Source: Erysipelotrichaceae bacterium OH741_COT-311
GTDB lineage: Bacteria > Bacillota_I > Bacilli_A > Erysipelotrichales > Erysipelotrichaceae
Direction of reading: 5' to 3'
Length of the DNA: 32,000 nt
NCBI GenBank assembly: GCA_003858585.1
Contig: RQZE01000003.1
Coordinates: 90,001-122,000, forward strand
The translations under genes and the position numbers were made by a program. Each line of letters starts with the position of its first letter. Positions within the stretch are counted from its first letter, which is position 1. The notes beneath the pieces are model-generated. The model had not been told where the DNA came from. It searched no databases and saw only the letters and a program-made list of their open reading frames with translations. Below, piece by piece: positions 16,391 to 25,288 of the stretch.

Positions 16391-18904
16391 TTGCGTAATA
16401 AGAAGTATTATTTAGCTACCATCCTTATTGTATGTATGTTTTTTTCATGGTTCCTTCTTTTTAATGACGGCATTTTTTTATTTGAAGGAGATATGCTTAC
16501 AGAAGGGTATAATTACTATGTGAAATTACATCAACAATTAAAAACGGGTGGTTTTACTTTTTGGAATGCTAATAACGTTTTAGGTGCCAATCAATATGGT
16601 AATTTAACGTATTTTGGATTAACCAGTCCTTATACATATCTTATTTTATTAGTACCTCATAAATCGTGGATATTACCTATGATTTTAATTAGCAATCTAG
16701 TAAAATCGCTTGTCCTTGCAAGTGGAGTATATCTATGGATGTATAAGCTTTATAAATCGCATCAGGCAAGTTTTATTGCTGCCATTATGTTAACGTTTAG
16801 TGGTTTTGTTGTAACAAACTATAACAATGATGTTATGCTGGCACCTCTTTCCTTTATGCCTTTTGTACTTTACTATACAGAAGAGTTGATTCAAAGAAAA
16901 AAAATTAATTTTAAACTAAGTATCTTTTTCGGCTTAGTTGTTTGTGCTAATTATTATTTTGCATACTTATTCCTACCATTTTTAGCCATTTACGCACTTG
17001 CTCGAGCATGTACACGTTATGGCTTTAAGTATAAGTTGCTTTTTGAGTTGGCGTATAAATGGATATTGGCTGTCGTAGTAGGTTTATTATTATCTATGTT
17101 TGTTCTTTATCCAAGTTATTTAGCCTTACAGGGGAATCCAAGAGTTACGTCATGGAAAGATGTACCTTTATGGATTAATAAGTATCAAATCTATCGCTTT
17201 ATTACAGGTTTCTTTAATCCGATTAATGATTGGCGTTTAAATAACAATTATTTTATAAGTACAGCTGTTGATGCAGGAATTGGTTATAGTGGAGGTATGG
17301 CTGTATACAGTTTTGTTCTTTTACCAATTGCAGTAGTGTTACTTTTGCAAATGAAGCGTAGTAAGGAACAAATCGCTATTTTAATCATGTATGGCTTATA
17401 TATGCTTTTTGTATTCATGCCAGTTTTTTATGTTTTATTTAATTTATCATTGGAAAGTCGTTGGATGTTTCATTTGTACTTTATCCACGCTTTAACGATT
17501 GGTTATATCTTTACACATCAAAATGAAATTCATACACGTAACATCCTTTTAACTTTTGTTCTAGTTGTACTTGCAGTAATTATCTTTTTAGGAATTAGTC
17601 ATCATTATCACTTCATAGTAGAACCATGGGCTTTCAAGATTGTCTTACGCAATAGTCTAATTTTCATCTTAATAGCTGCATTATATATGGCATATTTTAA
17701 AAAACCAATGGAATGGCTTATCATAGGAATTCTTGTGTTAGAAGTGATATTTACAGGATACAATGTATTTTATAATGATGGAAATAAATTAGATCCTATG
17801 AGTAAAGAAGAAGTCCTTGCATTAAACTTAGATAATAGTAAAGTCTTTGATACGATTAAAGCACAAGATCAAGATTTCTATCGTATAGATATGCATAGTC
17901 TTGATCCGTTAAGTGAAAATGAATCGAATGCCTATGATTATCATAGTTTTGTTGGTTATACTTCGACATATAATTTTAATCAACAAGATTTCAATACAAA
18001 TCGTTTTAAATTATCTTATATGATGTATTTTTATCCGCAATCTGGAAAAGGATTATTAAAAGATTTATTAAGCAATAAATACTTTATTCAAAGACATCAA
18101 CACGAATATCCACTTTCACACTATGAAGAGATATTAAAAGAAGACACACTTACAGTATATAAAAATAAGAATTTTCTACCATTTGCTTATTGTAAACCGG
18201 GTATTATAAATAAGAAACAGTTTGATAAACTTCCAATCTTAATTCAGGATTATCTTTTGGTCAATACCAATGTCATTGAAGATGGAAAGAATAATTATGA
18301 AATGATTACGGAATTAACTTTATTAGAAGACTCTATTACAACAGGGAGTGAGTTAGATTTAAGTGGTTTTAATAAGGGGTATTTATATGTTACCTTTGAT
18401 GGTTCTATTAATGTTGGATATTCTATGAAAGATGCACAAGGAAAAGAGTTAAGTTTTGGGTATTTTACAAAAGAGTTTTCTTATGTGGGGATTCCAATTG
18501 TAGAGAATGCTGCAAGTATTTATTTTACGGTAGAAGGGTATGCTAAGGTATATTATGATGATTTTATGTGGTATGAACCTTGGTATCAAAAAACAAAAGA
18601 ATGTTCTATTAAAAGTGAAGCGGTAAGTTCTGATTATTTAAGAGGTAGCATCGAAGTACCAAGTGATCAACTACTGGCGACAACCATTGCTTATGATGAT
18701 GGATGGAGCGTATATGTGGATCATAAAAAAGTAAAGTCTTATAAGGTAAATAATGGTTTTGTTGGTTTTTATTTACCAAAGGGAAAACATATCATTGAAT
18801 TAAAATATCGTTCGAGTGGATTTAAAGAAAGTATTTTAATTAGTACTCTGACATTATCGTTTATCGTATTTTATTCATGGAGGAAAAGAAGATGCAGATC
18901 ATAA
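16391..18904 (+). CDS. YfhO-family polytopic membrane glycosyltransferase (GT-C-like)
   Basis: About 837 aa. The N-terminal half is multi-TM, followed by an extracytoplasmic domain. C-terminus is IAYDDGWSVYVDHKKVKSYKVNNGFVGFYLPKGKHIIELKYRSSGFKES plus a final TM helix. AAGGTGA (16379-16385) favours TTG 16391 over the track GTG 16382. Confidence 0.85.
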   Translation: MRNKKYYLATILIVCMFFSWFLLFNDGIFLFEGDMLTEGYNYYVKLHQQLKTGGFTFWNANNVLGANQYGNLTYFGLTSPYTYLILLVPHKSWILPMILISNLVKSLVLASGVYLWMYKLYKSHQASFIAAIMLTFSGFVVTNYNNDVMLAPLSFMPFVLYYTEELIQRKKINFKLSIFFGLVVCANYYFAYLFLPFLAIYALARACTRYGFKYKLLFELAYKWILAVVVGLLLSMFVLYPSYLALQGNPRVTSWKDVPLWINKYQIYRFITGFFNPINDWRLNNNYFISTAVDAGIGYSGGMAVYSFVLLPIAVVLLLQMKRSKEQIAILIMYGLYMLFVFMPVFYVLFNLSLESRWMFHLYFIHALTIGYIFTHQNEIHTRNILLTFVLVVLAVIIFLGISHHYHFIVEPWAFKIVLRNSLIFILIAALYMAYFKKPMEWLIIGILVLEVIFTGYNVFYNDGNKLDPMSKEEVLALNLDNSKVFDTIKAQDQDFYRIDMHSLDPLSENESNAYDYHSFVGYTSTYNFNQQDFNTNRFKLSYMMYFYPQSGKGLLKDLLSNKYFIQRHQHEYPLSHYEEILKEDTLTVYKNKNFLPFAYCKPGIINKKQFDKLPILIQDYLLVNTNVIEDGKNNYEMITELTLLEDSITTGSELDLSGFNKGYLYVTFDGSINVGYSMKDAQGKELSFGYFTKEFSYVGIPIVENAASIYFTVEGYAKVYYDDFMWYEPWYQKTKECSIKSEAVSSDYLRGSIEVPSDQLLATTIAYDDGWSVYVDHKKVKSYKVNNGFVGFYLPKGKHIIELKYRSSGFKESILISTLTLSFIVFYSWRKRRCRS

Positions 18905-20505
18905 AGAAACTTTCATTAGTATACATTAGCGTATTTTTCTATACCATTGTGATCCAAAGTGGTATGTTTCTTTTTGATTTACCTTTAACACCAATTTCTC
19001 TATATTTAGCCTTTTTAGTAACCATCTTAGTGGATTATCTGTGGAATAAAAAACTAGATCGTAATCTTGTGTATGCTTGTTTGATTCTTGTTGTTTTGAT
19101 GTTGGTAGGAAGTCTTTACTATAGTCATTTTAATGAAACAACTTATGATGGAGCATTTTATCATGGTAATGCCATGGTTAACATGCTAAAAGGATGGAAT
19201 CCACATCTACAAGCGGGTATGCATAAAATTACAAAAGTAACAATATGGAGTGACTTTTATCCGAAAGCAACTTGGATATTTGGGGCAGTTTTAATCAAAC
19301 AGTTTCATCATTTATCTGTTCCTATGATGATTCCAACACTATTTGCGATGGCAAGTAGTTTCTATACCTGTCAATTTGTCTATAAGAAGACACGTAATTT
19401 AGTAGTATCAAGTATGCTTGCTCTTGTGGTTTTTGTAAATCCAATCACTATTCAACAATTTCAAACCTATTATGTAGATGGTATTTTAGGTAATGTTTTA
19501 TTAATGTTAATTCTATTTGGACTAGAAGCAATTGATCACTACGATTTGAAACAAAATTACTATATTTTACTTATCTCAGTGATTTTAATTAATATTAAGT
19601 TTACCGGATTTGGTTTTGCAGGCATCATTAACTTTGCTATATGGTTATATTTTTTATTAAAGAATCGCAAAGCTGCCATAACTTATACTCTTTTTGGGAT
19701 AGTGATGTTAGCTATTGCGATTGGTATTGTTGGCTATTCACCATATTTTTATAATTTAACGACAGGAAAACATATCTTTTTTCCGGTTGCCGGGAAAGAG
19801 GCGATTGATGTCATTAACTATTTAATACCGGAACAGCTTTTTGGTAAAAATCCAATTTATAAATTATACTATTCTTTATTTCAAGGGAAAGGGCTACTTA
19901 AAAATCTTTTTGATGTATCTGTAAACCGTTATTATTTTTATGATGAACAAATAGGAGCCTTTGGTACCTTTTTCTTTCGTTTAGCAGTACTTTCAGGTAT
20001 GGGTTATCTTATTTATTTTAAAAAAGCCTTTCAAGAAAAAACGTATCATTTAGGTTATCTTTTGGTATTTATAGGGTTTGTTGTCACGATTTTGATTAAC
20101 TATAAACATATATGGTGGTTCCGTTATGCTCCACAAATTTGGCTTTTCCTTCCTTTAGGTATGTATTATCTCTTTTTGCATCCGAAAGGTAAGTATGTAG
20201 CGTATTTAATGTTTGTAGTTATTTTACTTCAAAATGTATTGATGTATTCTTATACCTTACGTACAAATTTTGATAGATCGAATTCTATTATGAGTTTTTA
20301 TAGAAAATACCAAAATAAAACCATTGATATTACCATTAAAAATTTTGATGATACAGAAATATATTGGTTTGATACTTATGAAGCTTATAGAGGAAAACAA
20401 TTTCATGTAGATATTCATGAAATACTACATGAAGGAGCTTACAGCGATGAATGTTATCACATGCATGTCTACAAAGTTTGTGTTGTAAGAGAGCTTAAAA
20501 ACTAG
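18892..20505 (+). CDS. Uncharacterised polytopic membrane protein (about 13 TM helices), possible GT-C-like transferase
   Basis: 537 aa from ATG 18892, with GGAGGA at 18879-18884. Overlaps the YfhO stop by 13 nt. Hydrophobic throughout, with an early loop NETTYDGAFYHGNAMVNMLKGWNP and a short soluble C-terminus. I recognise no family motif. Confidence 0.5.
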   Translation: MQIIKKLSLVYISVFFYTIVIQSGMFLFDLPLTPISLYLAFLVTILVDYLWNKKLDRNLVYACLILVVLMLVGSLYYSHFNETTYDGAFYHGNAMVNMLKGWNPHLQAGMHKITKVTIWSDFYPKATWIFGAVLIKQFHHLSVPMMIPTLFAMASSFYTCQFVYKKTRNLVVSSMLALVVFVNPITIQQFQTYYVDGILGNVLLMLILFGLEAIDHYDLKQNYYILLISVILINIKFTGFGFAGIINFAIWLYFLLKNRKAAITYTLFGIVMLAIAIGIVGYSPYFYNLTTGKHIFFPVAGKEAIDVINYLIPEQLFGKNPIYKLYYSLFQGKGLLKNLFDVSVNRYYFYDEQIGAFGTFFFRLAVLSGMGYLIYFKKAFQEKTYHLGYLLVFIGFVVTILINYKHIWWFRYAPQIWLFLPLGMYYLFLHPKGKYVAYLMFVVILLQNVLMYSYTLRTNFDRSNSIMSFYRKYQNKTIDITIKNFDDTEIYWFDTYEAYRGKQFHVDIHEILHEGAYSDECYHMHVYKVCVVRELKN

Positions 20506-20530
20506 TAAAATAAAAAAGAGGTTTTGGATT

Positions 20531-21382
20531 ATGAAATACATTAAATTAATGCGTATCAAACACTATATAAAAAATATTCTTTTTGTCTTTATACCGTTAA
20601 TTTTCTCAATGAATTTTATGAACGTAGATCTGGTATTAACATCAATTTATGCCTTTGTGGCATTTAGCTTTAGTGCATCGATTGTCTATATTGTAAATGA
20701 TATCTTTGATGCAGAAAAAGATCGTCAACATCCAAAGAAAAAACATCGTCCAATCGCAAGTGGTCAAGTGGGTATTCCTCAAGCAATTGCTTTAGTGTGT
20801 TTATTGGTAATTGTAATTGTAGCGATGGTCGTTACATGTTTAAACGTTAAAACAGGTATTATTATTCTTATCTATGTGATTATGAATTTAGCTTATTCCT
20901 TTAAGTTAAAGCATGTTGTTTTAGTGGATGTCTTAATCATAGCGATAGGATTTATATTACGTATTTATGCTGGTGCTTATGCGATTGAAGTAGCTGTTTC
21001 TGAGTGGCTACTATTAACAGCTTTTGCAGTTTCTTTATTTCTGGGTTTTGGGAAGCGTTATGGTGAAAAAGCTAAAATTCAAGATGGAAACACACGTAAA
21101 GTTCTATCACAATATGATTCAGAATCATTAAAAATCTTTATTGTCATTTCAATGACATTAACGATTGTATTTTATTCGTTATATACGATTTTAGGAAATT
21201 CTAATCTAACAAATTCTATTTTTACCATTCCTTTGGTTGTGATAGGGATGTTTCGCTATTATATGTTGTTGGAAGGTAACATTAATGATGGAGATCCAAC
21301 AGAAGTGATTTTAAACGATCGTATTATTCAAATAATCGTCGTGGCTTATGCAACATTAGTACTACTATTGATGGGAGTGTAA
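20531..21382 (+). CDS. UbiA-family prenyltransferase with polyprenyl-phosphate 5-phosphoribosyltransferase (DPPR-synthase, Rv3806c-like) signature
   Basis: NDIFDAEKDRQHPKKKHRPIASGQ (20696..20767) and GFGKRYGEK...RKVLSQYDSESL match my memory of the DPPR-synthase branch (NDxxDxxxDRxHPxKxxRPxAxG ... GKRxxE ... RKxLxxY). 283 aa, multi-TM. AGAGG RBS. Confidence 0.7.
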   Translation: MKYIKLMRIKHYIKNILFVFIPLIFSMNFMNVDLVLTSIYAFVAFSFSASIVYIVNDIFDAEKDRQHPKKKHRPIASGQVGIPQAIALVCLLVIVIVAMVVTCLNVKTGIIILIYVIMNLAYSFKLKHVVLVDVLIIAIGFILRIYAGAYAIEVAVSEWLLLTAFAVSLFLGFGKRYGEKAKIQDGNTRKVLSQYDSESLKIFIVISMTLTIVFYSLYTILGNSNLTNSIFTIPLVVIGMFRYYMLLEGNINDGDPTEVILNDRIIQIIVVAYATLVLLLMGV

Positions 21383-21383
21383 T

Positions 21384-22622
21384 ATGAGAAAAATAAATGT
21401 TCGCAATATCCTCTTCAGTCTTTTTTTTATACTAGCTATTATAACAGTTGGACTTCTTGTGATTTTAAAGAAACCTGAGGCAATATCATTTATTGAAAAT
21501 CGAGTGTTACACCATTTTAAAGAACCAACAGTAGAAACGGTTATGGATGGTAGTTTTCAAGAAAATACGGAACATTCCTTTGCAGATCAATTTCTCTATC
21601 GCAAAGAGCTATTTCAAATCATGGATAAAACCAATAATCTGCTAAGAGCGGCTATCCGTTTTGGTGTTGGTGAAGATTCTATGACGTTGGTAAGTATTAG
21701 TGATAATGGAATCTTTAAGGTTGGTCCACATGGGTCAACATTGGTTGAATTTCCATTTATGAAAACAGATGAACAGGATGCACAGTTAATGGCAAGAATC
21801 GATAACTATAATGCCATTGCTGAAAAATACCCTGATATTAAGTTTTATATTTATCGAGTAACAAATGCTAGAGATACAAATTGGTTTGATGAAGCGAATG
21901 AAATATGGTCTTCAGGAAGTCATTACAGTCAATGGTTACAGGATAATATTAATCCTGCTATTACATATCAAGAATTACAATTTGAAAACTATGAAAGTTA
22001 TAAAAAAGAAACGTATAAAACAGATCATCATTTAAATGTGTTTGGAAATTATCGTTTTTATGAAGAAATCATTGCTATGCTTCAAAAAGATTTTTCTTTA
22101 GAAAACCCTAAGGAGCCCATTGATATGTTTGAAGCTCCGGTAAAATTCTATGGCTCTTTAGTCAAGAAAGCAAACTTTAATTTTGATGATAAAGTATATG
22201 ATACTGTTTCTGATTTTGTTTATGAATTAGCGCCTTGTAAAGTTCAAGTAAATGGTGAAGAAGTAAAAGAGTTTGGTCGTCGTCAAGAATATATGAATCA
22301 TCAAAACATTGATGAGACAAAAGGGACAAATCACTACCGTGAGCTATTTGGAAAAGATTCATTTGAAGTCATTTATGAATGTGGAAATTCCAATGGGATA
22401 AATGCATTAATTATTTCTGATTCTTATACCAATGCGATAAAGCCTGTATTATCTTCACATTTTAATAAAGCCATCTATATTGATCCACGTCAACCTTCTT
22501 TAGATGGTGATTATTTCAATATGAAAAATTATATTGAACAACATAACATCAATCTTGTATTATTTGTAGGAAGTTATTATACCGTTTATATGGATGAACC
22601 ATATTTAATTGCTTATTATTAG
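21384..22622 (+). CDS. DHHW-family / AlgJ-AlgX-like membrane-anchored protein (putative extracytoplasmic O-acyltransferase component)
   Basis: N-terminal TM anchor. YKTDHHLNVFGNY (DHH at 22023..22031) and a later LIISDSYTNAIKP block resemble the D-x-H and Ser blocks of SGNH-like AlgJ/AlgX/PatB enzymes. Located upstream of an MBOAT gene. Confidence 0.7.
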   Translation: MRKINVRNILFSLFFILAIITVGLLVILKKPEAISFIENRVLHHFKEPTVETVMDGSFQENTEHSFADQFLYRKELFQIMDKTNNLLRAAIRFGVGEDSMTLVSISDNGIFKVGPHGSTLVEFPFMKTDEQDAQLMARIDNYNAIAEKYPDIKFYIYRVTNARDTNWFDEANEIWSSGSHYSQWLQDNINPAITYQELQFENYESYKKETYKTDHHLNVFGNYRFYEEIIAMLQKDFSLENPKEPIDMFEAPVKFYGSLVKKANFNFDDKVYDTVSDFVYELAPCKVQVNGEEVKEFGRRQEYMNHQNIDETKGTNHYRELFGKDSFEVIYECGNSNGINALIISDSYTNAIKPVLSSHFNKAIYIDPRQPSLDGDYFNMKNYIEQHNINLVLFVGSYYTVYMDEPYLIAYY

Positions 22623-22631
22623 GAGATAGTT

Positions 22632-23837
22632 GTGAGTAAACAAAGAAATTTAGTTTTTTCTATCTTATTTTGTGCTTTTCTTACATGTGTAGGTTTCTAT
22701 GTTATGTTTGTAAAGAAACCAACCAAACGTCTTAGTATGGATTTAAGAAATGCCGTAACCTTTATTAAACCCAGTGTTCAAAATGTAAAAGAAGGATTTT
22801 TTCAGGATACCTTTGAAAAAGCCTTTCAAGATCAATTTGTAAAACGTCAAACAATGATACAGGTCTATCGATTTATAGAACATCAATTGTATAAGGCATC
22901 TATGTTACAACCAAAGGATTATACATTGGTAAAAATTGGAAGTGATGTCTATACATTTAAGGCGAATGAAGATTATTTGGTAGGTTGGCCCATTGTCAAA
23001 AATGATGACTATCAACAAGGGATTGCATCCTTTAGTGAGAATGTGAATGCGATTTCCAAAGCTTATCCGGATGTTAATTTTTATGTGTATAAGCCATTTC
23101 GTATTACAGAGTCCAATTGGTTTGATAAGGATAATGGCTTTACATCTTATGGAACGTATTATAGAGATTTATTAAAGGCAAATTTACATAATCAAATTCT
23201 ATTTTTAGAAAATAAGATTGAAGACTTTGAAGAATATAAAAAATATTATTTTAAAACCGATCCACATTGGAATATTTATGGATCTTATGAAGGATATAAA
23301 GTGTTTTGTAATGCGTTAAATCATCATTATAAAGATATTACATGTCAACAATATGATAGTGAGTATATCTTTGAGGATTTTGCTTATTATGGTCAATATG
23401 GTCGCAATTCAAGCTATTTAACTTCACCAGATCAATTCATCGATTTAAATTTTAATCAGTTACCAGGTTATAAAACGTATGTCAACGGTGTTGAAAAAAA
23501 ATATGATCAAAAAGATGAGTTTAAAAAAGGGGAAGTCGAAGAATTCTTTTGGAGCTATATCTATAGTGTGTACCATGGAAATGATGAAGCTTTGGTTGAA
23601 TATCAAATGGATCAGCAAACAGGTCGAGTATTACTTTGTTTTGTGGATAGTTATTCAAGTCCAATTAAATTTCTTATTGCTTCACATTTCGATCATGCTT
23701 ATTTTGTTGATCCAAGAATTAATCCGGATTTTAATTTTAAAACCTTCATGGAAGAACATCGTGTAACCGATGTTATGTATATGGGCTTTTATGGTTCATT
23801 GTATCAAGATAAAAGTTATATCTTTGAAGAATATTAA
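22632..23837 (+). CDS. DHHW-family / AlgJ-AlgX-like membrane-anchored protein, paralogue of 21384..22622
   Basis: GTG start after AGGAG. N-terminal TM anchor. FKTDPHWNIYGSY (23259..23270) and CFVDSYSSPIKF. Architecture is collinear with the preceding gene. Confidence 0.7.
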   Translation: MSKQRNLVFSILFCAFLTCVGFYVMFVKKPTKRLSMDLRNAVTFIKPSVQNVKEGFFQDTFEKAFQDQFVKRQTMIQVYRFIEHQLYKASMLQPKDYTLVKIGSDVYTFKANEDYLVGWPIVKNDDYQQGIASFSENVNAISKAYPDVNFYVYKPFRITESNWFDKDNGFTSYGTYYRDLLKANLHNQILFLENKIEDFEEYKKYYFKTDPHWNIYGSYEGYKVFCNALNHHYKDITCQQYDSEYIFEDFAYYGQYGRNSSYLTSPDQFIDLNFNQLPGYKTYVNGVEKKYDQKDEFKKGEVEEFFWSYIYSVYHGNDEALVEYQMDQQTGRVLLCFVDSYSSPIKFLIASHFDHAYFVDPRINPDFNFKTFMEEHRVTDVMYMGFYGSLYQDKSYIFEEY

Positions 23838-23856
23838 TTAGGAAGGAGAAGAATTT

Positions 23857-25263
23857 ATGTTATTTAGTAGTTTAACATTTCTATTTGCGTTTTTACCACT
23901 TGTATTCATTATTTACTACATCATTCCTAATCGATACCTTCGTAATGTAGTACTGTTATTGTTTTCACTGGGGTTTTATTCATGGGGAGAGCCATCATAT
24001 ATTGTATTGATGTTATTTAGTTTAGTATTTAACTATAGCTTTGTATTAGTATTTGATTACTGTAAACATAAACATAATATCGTTTTAGCAAGAGTCATCT
24101 TTGTGCTCACTATTATGGTAAATTTAGGACTTTTGGGTTATTACAAATATGCTGCTTTCCTTATTGGGAATATTAATTTTATGTTTAAAACCAATTTACC
24201 ATTGGTGAAAGTGGCGTTACCGATAGGGATTAGTTTCTATACGTTCCAAATTTTAAGTTATGTCGTAGATGCATATTATGGAAAAGTAAAAGTACAAAAA
24301 GATTTTGTTTTATTAAGTACGTATGTAGCACTATTTCCACAACTGATTGCAGGACCAATTGTTCGTTATCAAACCATTGAAGATGAATTACTAAATCGTA
24401 AAGAAAACATCAATGATGTAGCCAACGGAATACGTCGCTTTATCATTGGGTTAGGAAAAAAAGTTATTTTGGCAAATCAAGCTGGTTTGATTGCAGATAC
24501 CATTATCAATCAAAGTAACTATGTAGGGTTTTCACTGGCTTGGGTAGGGATCTTGGCATACAGTTTGCAGATTTACTTTGATTTTAGTGGCTATAGTGAT
24601 ATGGCGATTGGTCTAGGAAAAGTCTTTGGTTTCCATTTCTTAGAAAACTTTAATTATCCCTATATTGCTTCAAGCATTACAGACTTCTGGCGCCGCTGGC
24701 ATATGTCTTTAAGCACATGGTTTAAAGACTATGTTTATATACCATTAGGTGGTAATCAAGTAAAAGCATATCGTTGGTATATCAATATCTTCATTGTTTG
24801 GTTTTTAACAGGTATGTGGCATGGTGCAACGTGGAACTTTATTATTTGGGGTTTATATTTCTGTATCATTTTGATTATTGAAAAGATTATCATGCTAAAA
24901 GTCCTTAAACATGTTCCAGATTTCTTCCGTCATATCTATGCTTTATTTTTTATTGTATTGGGTTGGGTTATTTTCCGAATTGAAGATCCAACAAAAATGA
25001 TACAGTATTTTAAAACACTATTTGGTATGAACGGGAACAATAGTATTAAGGCATTTTATCACTTAGAGATTGCTCACTTATTTCCATACTTACTTTTAGG
25101 TATGCTTGGTGCAACACCATTGGTAGGAGTTATTCTTAAGAAAATGAATAAACATACCCTTACAGGTATGTTGTTGGATGTATATTTATTAGGTGTCTTT
25201 GTAGTATGTATCATCTTCTTAGTAAATAGCTCTTATAATCCGTTTATCTACTTTAGATTTTAA
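23857..25263 (+). CDS. MBOAT-family membrane-bound O-acyltransferase (AlgI/DltB/PatA-like)
   Basis: Motifs ISFYTFQILSYVVDAYYGK, FPQLIAGPIVRY and FWRRWHMSLSTWFKDYVYIPLGGN (conserved His block). 468 aa, multi-TM. GGAAGGAG RBS. Confidence 0.9.
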   Translation: MLFSSLTFLFAFLPLVFIIYYIIPNRYLRNVVLLLFSLGFYSWGEPSYIVLMLFSLVFNYSFVLVFDYCKHKHNIVLARVIFVLTIMVNLGLLGYYKYAAFLIGNINFMFKTNLPLVKVALPIGISFYTFQILSYVVDAYYGKVKVQKDFVLLSTYVALFPQLIAGPIVRYQTIEDELLNRKENINDVANGIRRFIIGLGKKVILANQAGLIADTIINQSNYVGFSLAWVGILAYSLQIYFDFSGYSDMAIGLGKVFGFHFLENFNYPYIASSITDFWRRWHMSLSTWFKDYVYIPLGGNQVKAYRWYINIFIVWFLTGMWHGATWNFIIWGLYFCIILIIEKIIMLKVLKHVPDFFRHIYALFFIVLGWVIFRIEDPTKMIQYFKTLFGMNGNNSIKAFYHLEIAHLFPYLLLGMLGATPLVGVILKKMNKHTLTGMLLDVYLLGVFVVCIIFLVNSSYNPFIYFRF

Positions 25264-25264
25264 A

Positions 25265-25288
25265 GCGAATCATTGGATTCGTTTTTTT
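25265..25288 (+). terminator. Rho-independent terminator of the YfhO-UbiA-MBOAT operon
   Basis: CGAATC (25266-25271) pairs with GATTCG (25276-25281), loop ATTG, followed by T7 (25282-25288). It overlaps the last codons of the convergent - strand gene. Confidence 0.75.

Noticed and set aside
7547-18891. Longer N-terminal extensions offered by the track (7547, 7893, 12955, 14444, 16382, 18877; likewise 1847 and 4532).
   Set aside because: The extensions overlap the preceding gene or lack a Shine-Dalgarno. Downstream in-frame starts (7559, 7965, 12988, 14516, 16391, 18892, 1898, 4538) sit 5-11 nt after GGAG-type sites and give canonical family N-termini, e.g. M..SI/VIVPxYN for the GT2 genes. 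The start choices remain uncertain by a few codons.
11246-21429. Homopolymer tracts as phase-variation switches: A8 at 11246-11253, 11684-11691, 14885-14892 and 16896-16903, and T8 at 21422-21429.
   Set aside because: Runs of 8 A or T are expected frequently in DNA this AT-rich. They encode ordinary Lys or Phe stretches. None reaches the length (about 9-10 or more) usually associated with slipped-strand switching, and no frameshifted ORF continuations are visible.
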